From NCBI GenBank assembly GCA_964654465.1, contig CAZZIO010000040.1, positions 160,001 through 224,000 on the forward strand: a stretch of DNA of 64,000 nucleotides. The letters run 5' to 3'. The notes beneath the pieces were generated by a model, which was not told where the DNA came from, ran no database searches, and saw only the letters and a list, made by a program, of their open reading frames with translations. The stretch comes from an uncultured Dictyoglomota bacterium (lineage in GTDB: Bacteria; Dictyoglomota; Dictyoglomia; Dictyoglomales; Dictyoglomaceae). The position numbers and the translations under genes were made by a program. Shown one piece after another: positions 44,363 through 54,410 of the stretch (its first letter is position 1; the number at the start of each line of letters is the position of its first letter).

Positions 44363-46435
44363 TTAACCAATCATATATTTAATTTCTAAATAAACTGTAT
44401 AGACAAATCTAATAAATTGTTGAAAAGTAGCAAAGAAAACCATACCTATAAACATAGCAAATATTATTCCACCTAAGGTTACTAAAGACGTTCCTATAGC
44501 TTTACTTAGGGTATATTCTTGGAGTTCCATCATGCCAGAAAGAATGATCCATATTGACCAAAGAGTTCCTATAGTACCTATGAAATAGTAAAATGCTGCC
44601 TCATCTAAGGTAAAAACATGACTCAATAAAGTTTGAGGCAAAATCAAAAGAGCCAGTGGGAAAATACCATATACTGTCATAATAAAAATCTCTCTCATTT
44701 TTGCCTTTCCTTCCATTATGGTGGTAACCGCCCAATTTATAATCACCCATACTAAAATAGGAATTAACACTCTGCCTATCTCCCAGAGAATATTCAATTC
44801 TTCAGGTCGATATGGATTAAAATGAAAAGCAGTCATTAACCTTTGTATTATAAAAGAGAGAATTATAAAAATTAATAAGATAAGAGCTCCTCTAAAAGCT
44901 TTAGGTTTCCTTCTTAACTCGTAGAATCCATCAAAAGGATGCCTAATCACATAAAAAACATACATTACAGTATAAAAAAGTTCATGATTTCTGAGAAAAT
45001 TATGATAATGACTTCTAATAGTATTTCCCAAAAATCTGTTTATCAAATATAAAGCTAAGATCAACAAAAGTATAGTGTTCATTATTAATGTAAAATTCCT
45101 TCTCATATACTCTATTCTGTATCCTCTTAAGGCTTTTGAATATCCTGTAGGATAAAAACCAAGTCTAAAACTTTCCATTGCTTCTTTATATTTTTCTTCA
45201 TGGAGATAGTTTTTGCCTATACCAATATAAGCAAGATCATAATTGGCATCCATCTTAACAACTTTGTCCCATATATTAGCAGCTTTTCCATAATAACCTT
45301 GAACATAATAAGAATTCGCTTTTAATACTAAATCTCCAAAAGTGGTAGGTTTAAAAGTAGTTATTGTACCCTTATTCTCATCTAAAACAAAAACTTTTCC
45401 TTTATCTATATCTATAGCGGTTGGATATTGGAAGGTCCCCTTTTGATTTCCAATATCACCAAAAACAAAAAGATAATCACCAAGATTGTTATAAACAAAA
45501 ACCCTACCTACTCTACCATCCAAAACATAAAGATTCTCAGAATCATCTACAGCAATATCCACAATTTCTCCTCTAACAGTAAAACCAAAATATAGATCAC
45601 CATACATACCGCCCGTGCGACCTTCCTGTTTAATAATATTGTCTCCTAAGGCATTTAATCTTTTAATTTGGTCATACCAAGCCCTTACACATCCATATAT
45701 AAATCCATCTTTATCAGCTGTTACATTTCTATACTCAATCGGAATAAAAAGTACAAGTTGAGATCTTTGTTCTCTTGTAAGTACTCTTCTCCAGAAAAGT
45801 TCTACTGGATTTACCTCAACCCTATTACTTCCAAAAAATCTTTCAAAATTTCCATTTGGACTAAACTGTATTAAACCTTCAACCACATTCTCTGCTACCA
45901 CATATATTCTTCCCAATTTATCCACAGCCACTTTTTTAGGAATATATACAAAATCCTTATGTATAACCTCTCCCACAGGTTTGCCTACAATTTTAAAAAG
46001 AGAACCATCTGGATTTAAAATCACAATTCTCGCATTCTGAGAGTCTGCTATATATAGTTTGCCCTCATCGGTTAAAAATAAACCTGTCGGTGCTTTAAAT
46101 CCTTCTCTTTTACCATTATTGATAAAACCATCAATAATTTTCTTAAGTTTAAAATCTTTATCTATAACAACAATTCTATTATTTCCTGTATCTGCCACAT
46201 ATACATCTCCATTCCTTTTATCTACGAAAAGATCTTCTGGTGAAGAAAAATCTTTGTCTAATCCTATAGTTTCACCCGTATAGATCTTTTCCGGCTCATA
46301 AGCAGGTAAAGAAGGAACTGGCCTACGTCGCTCATTATAAATATAAGTGTGATAAGGTATACCTGCGTAAGTTACACAAATAATCAGAAAAAGAAAAACT
46401 ATTAATCTAATGAAAAATCTTCTTTCTTTTCTCAT
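44363..46435 (-). CDS. NHL-repeat beta-propeller/TPR protein fused to Yip1-like membrane domain
   Basis: YVADTGNNRIV and YIADSQNARIV repeats; TPR-like DLAYIGIGK; C-terminal .HPFDGFYEL followed by several TM helices. Confidence 0.78.
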   Translation of the reverse strand: MRKERRFFIRLIVFLFLIICVTYAGIPYHTYIYNERRRPVPSLPAYEPEKIYTGETIGLDKDFSSPEDLFVDKRNGDVYVADTGNNRIVVIDKDFKLKKIIDGFINNGKREGFKAPTGLFLTDEGKLYIADSQNARIVILNPDGSLFKIVGKPVGEVIHKDFVYIPKKVAVDKLGRIYVVAENVVEGLIQFSPNGNFERFFGSNRVEVNPVELFWRRVLTREQRSQLVLFIPIEYRNVTADKDGFIYGCVRAWYDQIKRLNALGDNIIKQEGRTGGMYGDLYFGFTVRGEIVDIAVDDSENLYVLDGRVGRVFVYNNLGDYLFVFGDIGNQKGTFQYPTAIDIDKGKVFVLDENKGTITTFKPTTFGDLVLKANSYYVQGYYGKAANIWDKVVKMDANYDLAYIGIGKNYLHEEKYKEAMESFRLGFYPTGYSKALRGYRIEYMRRNFTLIMNTILLLILALYLINRFLGNTIRSHYHNFLRNHELFYTVMYVFYVIRHPFDGFYELRRKPKAFRGALILLIFIILSFIIQRLMTAFHFNPYRPEELNILWEIGRVLIPILVWVIINWAVTTIMEGKAKMREIFIMTVYGIFPLALLILPQTLLSHVFTLDEAAFYYFIGTIGTLWSIWIILSGMMELQEYTLSKAIGTSLVTLGGIIFAMFIGMVFFATFQQFIRFVYTVYLEIKYMIG

Positions 46436-46441
46436 AAACAA

Positions 46442-47293
46442 TTACTCCTTAATACCTGCAGATTTCATAGTTTCTACTACATTGCTTTGGGTCACTATAA
46501 AAATAATTAAAGAAGGTAACATCATAAGAATAGCAGCAGCTGCTGCCGCTCCGGCTCTTACAAAGCCTCCTTGTTGAATATAGGTAAGTGCTAAGGAAAA
46601 AGGCTTCATAGCCTCATTATGTATATATAATGAAGGAGTGTATGTATCATTCCATGTATCTCTAAAAGCAAATAATATAAGAGTAAGCCATGCAGGCTTC
46701 ACATTAGGCATAACCACATACCACCATATCTTAAACTCATTTGCCCCATCAATCCTAGCAGATTCAATATAGGAATCTGGAATCTGTTCCATAAACTGTT
46801 TCATCAAGAACAAACCTAAGGTAGCCCCTATATAGGGGAGAATAAGAGAAAAATATGTATCTAAAAGTCGCAATTTAGCCATTATAATAAACCTTGGAAT
46901 ATTGGTAACATAACCTGAAAACATTAAAGAAAATATCACAAGATTGAACAAAAACTTACTTCCTGGAAATTTATGTTTAGCCAAAGGGTAGGCAGCCATA
47001 GAAGCAATAAGCACATGTCCTAATGTGCTCATAAAACTGATAAAAATACTATTAAAAAGATATCTTGAAAAAGGCACAAAAGAATTACTCATGAGATAAA
47101 AGAGATCAGAAAAATTCTTTAAGGTTGGTCTTCTAACAAATAATCTGGGTGGAAAAAGAAATAATTCATCCAATGGTTTAAAAGCATTCATTATAGAATA
47201 CACAAGGGGTAGAGCCATAAATACTGCTACAATTCCAAGTACAATTATTAGTATCAAATTTCCCCACCAAGATCTATTAATTCTTGATTTCAT
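46442..47293 (-). CDS. Carbohydrate ABC permease (MalG-like), pair 1
   Basis: FKPLDELFLFPP, IPDSYIESARIDGA, VKPAWLT. Confidence 0.9.
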   Translation of the reverse strand: MKSRINRSWWGNLILIIVLGIVAVFMALPLVYSIMNAFKPLDELFLFPPRLFVRRPTLKNFSDLFYLMSNSFVPFSRYLFNSIFISFMSTLGHVLIASMAAYPLAKHKFPGSKFLFNLVIFSLMFSGYVTNIPRFIIMAKLRLLDTYFSLILPYIGATLGLFLMKQFMEQIPDSYIESARIDGANEFKIWWYVVMPNVKPAWLTLILFAFRDTWNDTYTPSLYIHNEAMKPFSLALTYIQQGGFVRAGAAAAAAILMMLPSLIIFIVTQSNVVETMKSAGIKE

Positions 47294-47320
47294 TTTAAAA
47301 GTAAAACCTCCTTATGAATA

Positions 47321-48220
47321 TTAATCAGGCCTAATTAATTTTCTAACTCCTTGGTTAATACTCACTGTTATTAAGAATAAAATTACTGCTATTGCTGATG
47401 CATATCCCATTTCATATCTAATACTTCCATAATCCCACATATGAAGAACTATAGTATGAGCCGAATATAAAGGACTTGGAAAGCCAATCAATTGAGCAGA
47501 TATGTCAGCCACAGCAAAGGACGCAGTAACTTGCATTATAGCCCCGAAAATAAGTTGAGGTTTCATAGAAGGTAAAGTTATATACCACAATTCTTGCCAT
47601 CTATTTCTGATCCCATCTACTGCTCCTGCCTCATACAGACTTCTGTCTATAGTTTGAAATCCTGCAATAAAGGCTAAAAAGCTTGTCCCCAAACTCATCC
47701 AAAGTTGAATCACCATAAGCACGTATAGATTAATACGAGAATCCTGTAACCAATATATTGGTTCCTTTATTATGCCTAAATTCATTAGAATACCATTTAG
47801 CAATCCATATACATCACCAGAAAAGATGTAAGTCCATATGAAGAAAATTGCAGAAGATAGAGCAGGAGCATAAAAAAGTAAAGTTAAAAAAGCTCTAATT
47901 TTTGGGGGTAGTTCATTTATAAGCCAAGCAAAAAATAAGCAAGCAAGATAACTCAATGGTCCAGTAATTAAAGCAAACTTAAAGGTATTTTGTAAAGCAA
48001 TTAGAAAAACGTCATCCTCTAAAAAGAGTCTTTTGTAGTTATTCCATCCAACGAATCTAGGCATCTGTATTACATTATAATTGGTAAAACTAAGGATAGC
48101 TCCTACAATAACAGGAATTACAGTGAAAGTAAAAAATAATATAAAATAAGGAAGAACTAAATAATAAGATTCTTTATTCTTTTTAATTTCCTTCCATAAA
48201 TCTTTAAATTTTCCTCTCAT
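47321..48220 (-). CDS. Carbohydrate ABC permease (MalF-like), pair 1
   Basis: LYEAGAVDGIRNRWQELWYITLP, RYEMGYASA. Confidence 0.9.
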   Translation of the reverse strand: MRGKFKDLWKEIKKNKESYYLVLPYFILFFTFTVIPVIVGAILSFTNYNVIQMPRFVGWNNYKRLFLEDDVFLIALQNTFKFALITGPLSYLACLFFAWLINELPPKIRAFLTLLFYAPALSSAIFFIWTYIFSGDVYGLLNGILMNLGIIKEPIYWLQDSRINLYVLMVIQLWMSLGTSFLAFIAGFQTIDRSLYEAGAVDGIRNRWQELWYITLPSMKPQLIFGAIMQVTASFAVADISAQLIGFPSPLYSAHTIVLHMWDYGSIRYEMGYASAIAVILFLITVSINQGVRKLIRPD

Positions 48221-48238
48221 TTTAAATTCTCCCTCTAA

Positions 48239-51106
48239 TTATTCTTTTGCTAATTCAAGTCCAAACTCTTCTCGTTTTCTATCAATTTCCTTATTAATCT
48301 CTTTAGTATATTTCTCTATGGCTTCTCTTGGTATCTCTCCAAGCATAACTACTTCCCTAAAAGCATTATCTAAATGTCTATATGTATAGTAGCTACCAGG
48401 AACATTAGGAATCTCCTTAAGATATTTCCATTGCTCAGAAAGGACCTTATAGTCTGAAGAAGGCCATGGTAAATAACTCATAGCTTCTACATTAGCAGTG
48501 TTATATCTTGCACCTGCCCCTAAAACAGCTTCTAATTCCCTACCAAACCTTGCTTGTACATCAGATGATAACCACCACTTAACAAATTCCCATGCCTCAA
48601 GGATTTTTTTGGATTGAGCAAATATTAATACTGCGTTACCACCACCAGCAACACTTCTATCTATACTACCATCTGATTTTCTTCTTCCTGGAACAGGTGC
48701 TATTCCCCATAATCCACTTATTTCCGGAGCTGCTACTTTAAATTGATTATACATAGTATAAGGACCAATACCTAAGGGCATCTCTCCTGTTCTAAATCTG
48801 TTAAAGAAATCATAATAAAGCGGTATTCCATAGAGAACATATAAATTTGTCCACTCTCTAAATGCATCTACACCTTCCTCATTATTTAGTACACACCTTT
48901 TACCATCTTCTGTATAATATTTTCCTCCCCTTTGTAGAAGCAACATGTTGAAAATATCAAAACTTGTACCACCTGTTCCTGCAGCAAATTGTAAATTATA
49001 ACTCTGAAGCTTTGCGATAGTTTTGTAAAGCTCATCCCATGTATCTGGAATCTCAATGTTTAGACGACCAAGGATATCTGCCCTATAAAACATTATTGGA
49101 AAATCTTGAGTCATTGGCAAACCGTATACTTTTCCTCCGAAACCATATGGAACAAGAGCATACTTAGCAAATCTACTTTTTACTTCTTCAAAACCGGGTA
49201 ATTTTGAAACATCTACCAATGCCCCACGTATTCCATAATCTACAGCAAGACCTCGAGATACATTAAGAGCCACATCTGGAGGATTCTCTTTTGATGCAAC
49301 CGAGAAAAGTAGTGCAGCCTCAGTAGTTATAATATTAATGTTTACACCTATTCCTGTTTTTGGAGTAAACTCAGTATCTATTAACATCTTCAAGGTTTCA
49401 GCTTGATCTCTACCCATTTGTACCCACACATTAATAGCCTTATCCTTTTCATATACAGTACCAATTAAGTTATAATCTTCAATAAAAGATATGAAAAACT
49501 TTTTAGTTGCATCAATAACCCTTTCAAATATATTGGGATTTATCCTTGGTACTTGTGCATCTTGTGAGGCTATTACAATATAATCAATATCTAATGGCTG
49601 TTCTCTAATTGTAAGAACCCACGCAGATAATGAAGATAAGTTATCTCTATATCTTTGCAATCTTTGAGCAATTGTTTCTGGCTCTCTTGCCATTCCTTCC
49701 AATTGAATTGCCACAGTTTCCAAGGTAGCTGCTTCACTTGCCTTTTCACCACCAATTTTCCTTATCTTTTCTGCATTTTCTCTCAATAATTTTGCATTTT
49801 TAAGGAGAGTATCTATAAGATCAGGAATATTTTGCTCTAACAGATAATCCCTGTAAGGGTCTGGATTAGGAGAAGTAATCATAACAATTTTTGTATATAA
49901 TTGAGATAAATCAATAGAACATTGAAGTACATTTCTTATTATATCTGCAATGCTTTCATAAGTAACTTTAAGACGCAGGGTATGTTCACCCTTTTTTAAA
50001 TAAAATAAATACGGATCTTTATCATTTCCCAAATATGAAAATTGCCAGTGAGTATTATATTTAAACTTAATATTTTTAACCTCTTCAAAAGGAATTTTTC
50101 CATCTATATAAAGAGTTCTTTCTGATGGTATTCCTGGATTAGCATTCTGTCTATATTTAATTCCTATTTTATATAAACCATCTTCAGGTACATTAAACTT
50201 CCACTCAATCCACTGACCTGCAGATCTCCAATTATATCCCCCTATGATATTTAATACTTTTCTTCTAGAATCATAAGGTTCGTTAAGGGGATTAGACCTA
50301 TCAGAGATTGGATAAAGAGTAGGCTCCGATTTTAAGGTAGCATTTTCACCTTGTACCTTTATAAAAATACCGCTTAGTTTCTTATCTTCCCTATTTTTTT
50401 GTGAAACTTCTTCATATTTTAGTTTTTTTTCTTCGTTAAAAATCTTTATATAATCAATAACCATAGGTTCTTTCACTGATACAAATCTTATAGTATGTTT
50501 TCCTGGTGAAAAATAAAAAAGGAAAGGATCAGCATATAAACCATCAGGATCCTCTAAAATCTTTTCTACCCAAATAGGATTTTCCACCTGTATAGGTCTA
50601 AGTTCATTACCCCTGTTGTCTTTTAAAGCAGGTCCTCCATCTTTCCATATTCTTTCAAATCTCAAAATCCTGGCTTCATTAAAAGGTCTTTTTCCATCAA
50701 TAAGAAGTTCTCTTTCAATACTTGAATTTTTACCTTTTATAGGGAAATATTTAACTGCTATGTTATATAAACCTTCCTCTTTTATATTAAAAGTCCACTC
50801 TATATATCCATTCTCTCCAGTAAGTATAACTGGATGTTTGTCAGAGGTTAGATCAGTTAAGACTTTTAAATTTAAATCTTTAGAAAAACTAGAATATTTC
50901 ACACCAGGAATAATAATAACTGATTTAGGTCTTGGTTTATCTACATATTTCGATATGTAAGTTTCATAAGAATTTTCTCTACTTATAAGTTCAAAAATAA
51001 CATTTAATTTATAATTCTGATTTTGAGCAAAAGAAAATGAAAGCAAGAAATTAACAATAAATATGAAGGTAACCACTTTCAGAAAAGTTTTCATCACCTT
51101 TTCCAA
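48239..51106 (-). CDS. Giant (~950 aa) solute-binding protein with N-terminal CBM-like domains and coiled coil
   Basis: Start at TTG 51106 (after GGAGG) or ATG 51094; two W.F.V.E.GLY.I..KY / R...IDG..PF repeats; C-terminal SBP (GRDQA, F.MFYR.DIL, RFRTGEMP, A.FGRELE). Confidence 0.85.
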   Translation of the reverse strand: MEKVMKTFLKVVTFIFIVNFLLSFSFAQNQNYKLNVIFELISRENSYETYISKYVDKPRPKSVIIIPGVKYSSFSKDLNLKVLTDLTSDKHPVILTGENGYIEWTFNIKEEGLYNIAVKYFPIKGKNSSIERELLIDGKRPFNEARILRFERIWKDGGPALKDNRGNELRPIQVENPIWVEKILEDPDGLYADPFLFYFSPGKHTIRFVSVKEPMVIDYIKIFNEEKKLKYEEVSQKNREDKKLSGIFIKVQGENATLKSEPTLYPISDRSNPLNEPYDSRRKVLNIIGGYNWRSAGQWIEWKFNVPEDGLYKIGIKYRQNANPGIPSERTLYIDGKIPFEEVKNIKFKYNTHWQFSYLGNDKDPYLFYLKKGEHTLRLKVTYESIADIIRNVLQCSIDLSQLYTKIVMITSPNPDPYRDYLLEQNIPDLIDTLLKNAKLLRENAEKIRKIGGEKASEAATLETVAIQLEGMAREPETIAQRLQRYRDNLSSLSAWVLTIREQPLDIDYIVIASQDAQVPRINPNIFERVIDATKKFFISFIEDYNLIGTVYEKDKAINVWVQMGRDQAETLKMLIDTEFTPKTGIGVNINIITTEAALLFSVASKENPPDVALNVSRGLAVDYGIRGALVDVSKLPGFEEVKSRFAKYALVPYGFGGKVYGLPMTQDFPIMFYRADILGRLNIEIPDTWDELYKTIAKLQSYNLQFAAGTGGTSFDIFNMLLLQRGGKYYTEDGKRCVLNNEEGVDAFREWTNLYVLYGIPLYYDFFNRFRTGEMPLGIGPYTMYNQFKVAAPEISGLWGIAPVPGRRKSDGSIDRSVAGGGNAVLIFAQSKKILEAWEFVKWWLSSDVQARFGRELEAVLGAGARYNTANVEAMSYLPWPSSDYKVLSEQWKYLKEIPNVPGSYYTYRHLDNAFREVVMLGEIPREAIEKYTKEINKEIDRKREEFGLELAKE

Positions 51107-51149
51107 TTTACATTCCTCCACTTTTTTGTAAACAATTTTATATCTTTTT

Positions 51150-51185
51150 GGGAGAGAAGACAAGTATTTTATTGTCTTCTCTCCC
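51150..51185 (-). other. Intercistronic stem-loop after first SBP gene (mRNA stabiliser/attenuator)
   Basis: GGGAGAGAAGACAA-8nt-TTGTCTTCTCTCCC perfect 14-bp stem, followed by an A-run rather than a U-run in transcript direction. Confidence 0.75.
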
Positions 51186-51195
51186 TAAGACTAAA

Positions 51196-52521
51196 CTACT
51201 TCAACCCTTCTAAAATAGCATCAATAGCAGCTTGGAATTTAGGTTTCAAGGCCTTTATAGATTTAGCAGGATTAGCCACATCAATTTGATTAATTAGATC
51301 CCAAAAACCAGGAATTCCAGATATAGGATCAATAACTGCTCTCGTAGAAGCATCTAAAAGCAAATCATAAATCTCCTTTCCGCCAACCCTTTCTATCTGA
51401 TCTTTCACTATTAATTCCTTCTCTCTGTCTGTTGGCATTAGCATCCATATTAAGTATAGGGCTGCAAGCTCTGGATATTTAGAAGAAGAAGCAATAGCCC
51501 ATGCGCCACCATCTGCCATATCTGCACTCTTTTTCTTACTATTAGGTCCCTTTGGGAATGGAACTATTCCAAGCTTTTTACCAAGAGCATTTCTCATTCC
51601 ACTAAGTTCCCATGGACCCCAATAATCCATACAAGTTATCCCCTTTTGAAATCTTCCCTGTGGATCTGTCCACCAGTCAGCAGGTCTCATCTTATATTTT
51701 GCATCCATTTCATATATAGCTTGAAATGCCCTATATGCCTTTTGATCATCCATTGCAAAAACAGGCCTTCCTCCAATATATTTCACAACTTCCACATCAT
51801 TAGTAAAAAGGAATGGTTGTATAACTGCCCATGTAGCATAAGCATACTGATCTATTTTTCCATCACCATTGGTGTCTTGTGTAAGTTGCTTCCCTGCATT
51901 AAAAAAAGCCTCCCATGTCCATTTACCCTGCTTATATAACTCTAATGGATCTGGTAACCCTGCCATCTCAAATTTCTCTTTGTTATAATAAAGAATAAAA
52001 GGGAATACGTTGTCACTATATATATTTGCTACTGCATAAACTTGCCCTCTCCATGTGAAGAAGTCTACAGTACTTTTCCTAAAACCTACAGCATTCCAAA
52101 GATTTTTGTCTTTAAAGTCAATATATCTATTAAGAGGAAGGAGCATCTTCTTCATCATCCAAGTAGGTTTTTCACCTGCACCAATATACACTACATCTGC
52201 TCCTGCTCCCGACAATATGGCTGCACTTAATTTAGGTGTGTAGTTTTCCCATGTCGTATATACGATCTGTACTTTAGCACCAGTTATTTTTTCAAATTCT
52301 TCTCTTACTTGCTTTGCTGATCGAATACCTGGAATACTACTTTTTTCTTCTTCTGGCCAAAATTGCCAGACATAAATAGTCTTACCCCTGTACTTTTGCG
52401 TATCAATATTTAATGTATAATTCCCAACCTTTACTGTATATACCTTTTGACCAAAAGACGGAACTATAGCAGTTACAGATAAAAACATAAAAATTAAACA
52501 AAAGAGAAAAAATTTTTTCAT
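51196..52521 (-). CDS. Carbohydrate ABC transporter solute-binding protein (copy B)
   Basis: Same motifs as copy A; first gene of the cluster. Confidence 0.9.
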   Translation of the reverse strand: MKKFFLFCLIFMFLSVTAIVPSFGQKVYTVKVGNYTLNIDTQKYRGKTIYVWQFWPEEEKSSIPGIRSAKQVREEFEKITGAKVQIVYTTWENYTPKLSAAILSGAGADVVYIGAGEKPTWMMKKMLLPLNRYIDFKDKNLWNAVGFRKSTVDFFTWRGQVYAVANIYSDNVFPFILYYNKEKFEMAGLPDPLELYKQGKWTWEAFFNAGKQLTQDTNGDGKIDQYAYATWAVIQPFLFTNDVEVVKYIGGRPVFAMDDQKAYRAFQAIYEMDAKYKMRPADWWTDPQGRFQKGITCMDYWGPWELSGMRNALGKKLGIVPFPKGPNSKKKSADMADGGAWAIASSSKYPELAALYLIWMLMPTDREKELIVKDQIERVGGKEIYDLLLDASTRAVIDPISGIPGFWDLINQIDVANPAKSIKALKPKFQAAIDAILEGLK

Positions 52522-52590
52522 GGCTTAAACCTCCCACCTAAAAAAATCATACCTTTCAAGTTAATTTTATCTTTAATAAAATTTTACCTT

Positions 52591-52627
52591 CTACTACAAT
52601 TTTGGTAAAAAATAAAAATATTTTGCT
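52591..52627 (-). promoter_or_regulatory. Putative AraC-type direct-repeat site upstream of SBP copy B operon
   Basis: Minus strand AGCAAAATATT..ACCAAAATTGT with 21-bp period; TAAAAT -10 lies 21 nt downstream of the block. Confidence 0.55.
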
Positions 52628-52725
52628 TTATATTAAAATTCCATTAAAAACATGAATGGATTAATTATAGATTGAAAATTAAATGTTTATAATGATTTTG
52701 AGTATTTATAAATACCTTTATAAAT

Positions 52726-53586
52726 TTAATAATTTTGCTTTCTAAATTTGAGGGGCGTTATCTGCATATATCTCTTGAATACCTTAATAAAATAACTTAT
52801 GTTATTAAAACCACATTCTAAAGCTATTTCAGATACGCTCAAATCAGTGTTTCTAAGTAATTCTATAGCTTTCTCTACTCTTACTTTATTTATATATTCC
52901 ACCGGACTCATTTTAAGATTATCTTTAAATAATCTACAAAGATAAAATTTACTCATATCTACTTCTTTACTTAACTCTTCCAATGTAAGATCTTTGTTAT
53001 AATTTTTGTTTATATAATTTAATACATCTTTTATCCTCTCTAATTTATAACCTAATCTACCATCAGTTTTAATAGGTTGTACATAATATCTAAAAAGTCT
53101 TCCAAAAATATTAAAAAGCAAGCCTTTAATAAAAAGTTCATAGCCATAGGGTTTTTCTATAAAAACTTCAATAATATCTTCCACATCTCTTCTTATTTTG
53201 TCATCGTTTATCAAATTTGGTATATATATTTTTTTATTAACAAGAGGCATAAAGTACTCATATTTACAATAATCTGGTTCCTCCGAATAAAGAATTCCAA
53301 GATCAAATACAATTGCATATCCTATTGTTCTTCTTATAAGTTCCTCTCCAGAATGAATTGCACCACCATTGACAAAGAGATACTCTCCTTCCTTTATTTT
53401 ATACTCATAGCTATCAATATAAAATCTACCTATACCTTTTTTTATATAAAGTATTTCAAATTCATTATGCCAATGAGGATCTATCTTACCATTTTTATAG
53501 ACAAATATATCCTCATGTACAAAAAGATGAAAATCTGGTGTTCCATGGTCAATGTCTTCTATTAAATCTGCTTTCCTATGACCCAT
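52726..53586 (-). CDS. AraC-family regulator with cupin sensor
   Basis: HWHNEFE...IH cupin; LEELS...MS.FYLCRLFK, EIALECGFNNISYF.KVFK. Confidence 0.92.
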   Translation of the reverse strand: MGHRKADLIEDIDHGTPDFHLFVHEDIFVYKNGKIDPHWHNEFEILYIKKGIGRFYIDSYEYKIKEGEYLFVNGGAIHSGEELIRRTIGYAIVFDLGILYSEEPDYCKYEYFMPLVNKKIYIPNLINDDKIRRDVEDIIEVFIEKPYGYELFIKGLLFNIFGRLFRYYVQPIKTDGRLGYKLERIKDVLNYINKNYNKDLTLEELSKEVDMSKFYLCRLFKDNLKMSPVEYINKVRVEKAIELLRNTDLSVSEIALECGFNNISYFIKVFKRYMQITPLKFRKQNY

Positions 53587-53668
53587 ATCTACCTCATTAC
53601 ATTTAATTAAAATTCTTATTATTTATTATAGACTATAAGCACAAATTCGGTTAAAATTTCATTTTAGT

Positions 53669-54286
53669 ATGGGAGAAATATATCTGATAAGACACGGAGA
53701 AACAGATTGGAATAGGGATGGAAGATTTCAGGGAAGAACAGATGTTCCCTTAAATGAAAAGGGCAAAAAACAAGCCCAAATATTGTCTGAATATTTAATT
53801 AGGGAAAATATTGATTTTATTTATTCAAGTCCCTTAAAAAGAGCTTATGAAACAGCTCTTCCTCTATCGCAAAAGTTAAATAAGGAGATTATCATAAGAA
53901 AAAATTGGATAGAGTTTGATTTTGGTGAATGGGAAGGACTTACTGTAAAAGAAGTACATGAAAAATATCCTATAGAGAGAGATTTATGGTTATATCATAC
54001 TGAGAGAGGAAGAATTCCTAAAGGTGAAAGTTTTAAAAATGCCTATGAAAGATTAAAATTAGAAAAAGAATTTATCTTAGAAGAGCATCAAGAACATAAA
54101 ATAGCAATATTTACTCATGGAGCAATAATAAGAGCAGCTTTATATGTTTTTTTAGAAATTCCTTACTTAGGTTTTGGAAGAGTTACTGTTAGCTCTTGCT
54201 CAGTCACTCATTTTAAAATAAATAAAGGCAAATTTATTCTTACTAGGTTAAACTATTTATTCCCACACGAAATCTTTGAGATTTAG
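53669..54286 (+). CDS. Histidine phosphatase (PGM/CobC/PspA-like)
   Basis: LIRHGETDWN, QGRTDVPL, SSPL.RA..TA, E.DFG.WEG, GES, THG. Confidence 0.9.
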   Translation: MGEIYLIRHGETDWNRDGRFQGRTDVPLNEKGKKQAQILSEYLIRENIDFIYSSPLKRAYETALPLSQKLNKEIIIRKNWIEFDFGEWEGLTVKEVHEKYPIERDLWLYHTERGRIPKGESFKNAYERLKLEKEFILEEHQEHKIAIFTHGAIIRAALYVFLEIPYLGFGRVTVSSCSVTHFKINKGKFILTRLNYLFPHEIFEI

Positions 54287-54302
54287 GTTCTAAAGATTTT
54301 TA

Positions 54303-54399
<97 letters not shown>

Positions 54400-54410
54400 A
54401 AGCATTGAAG

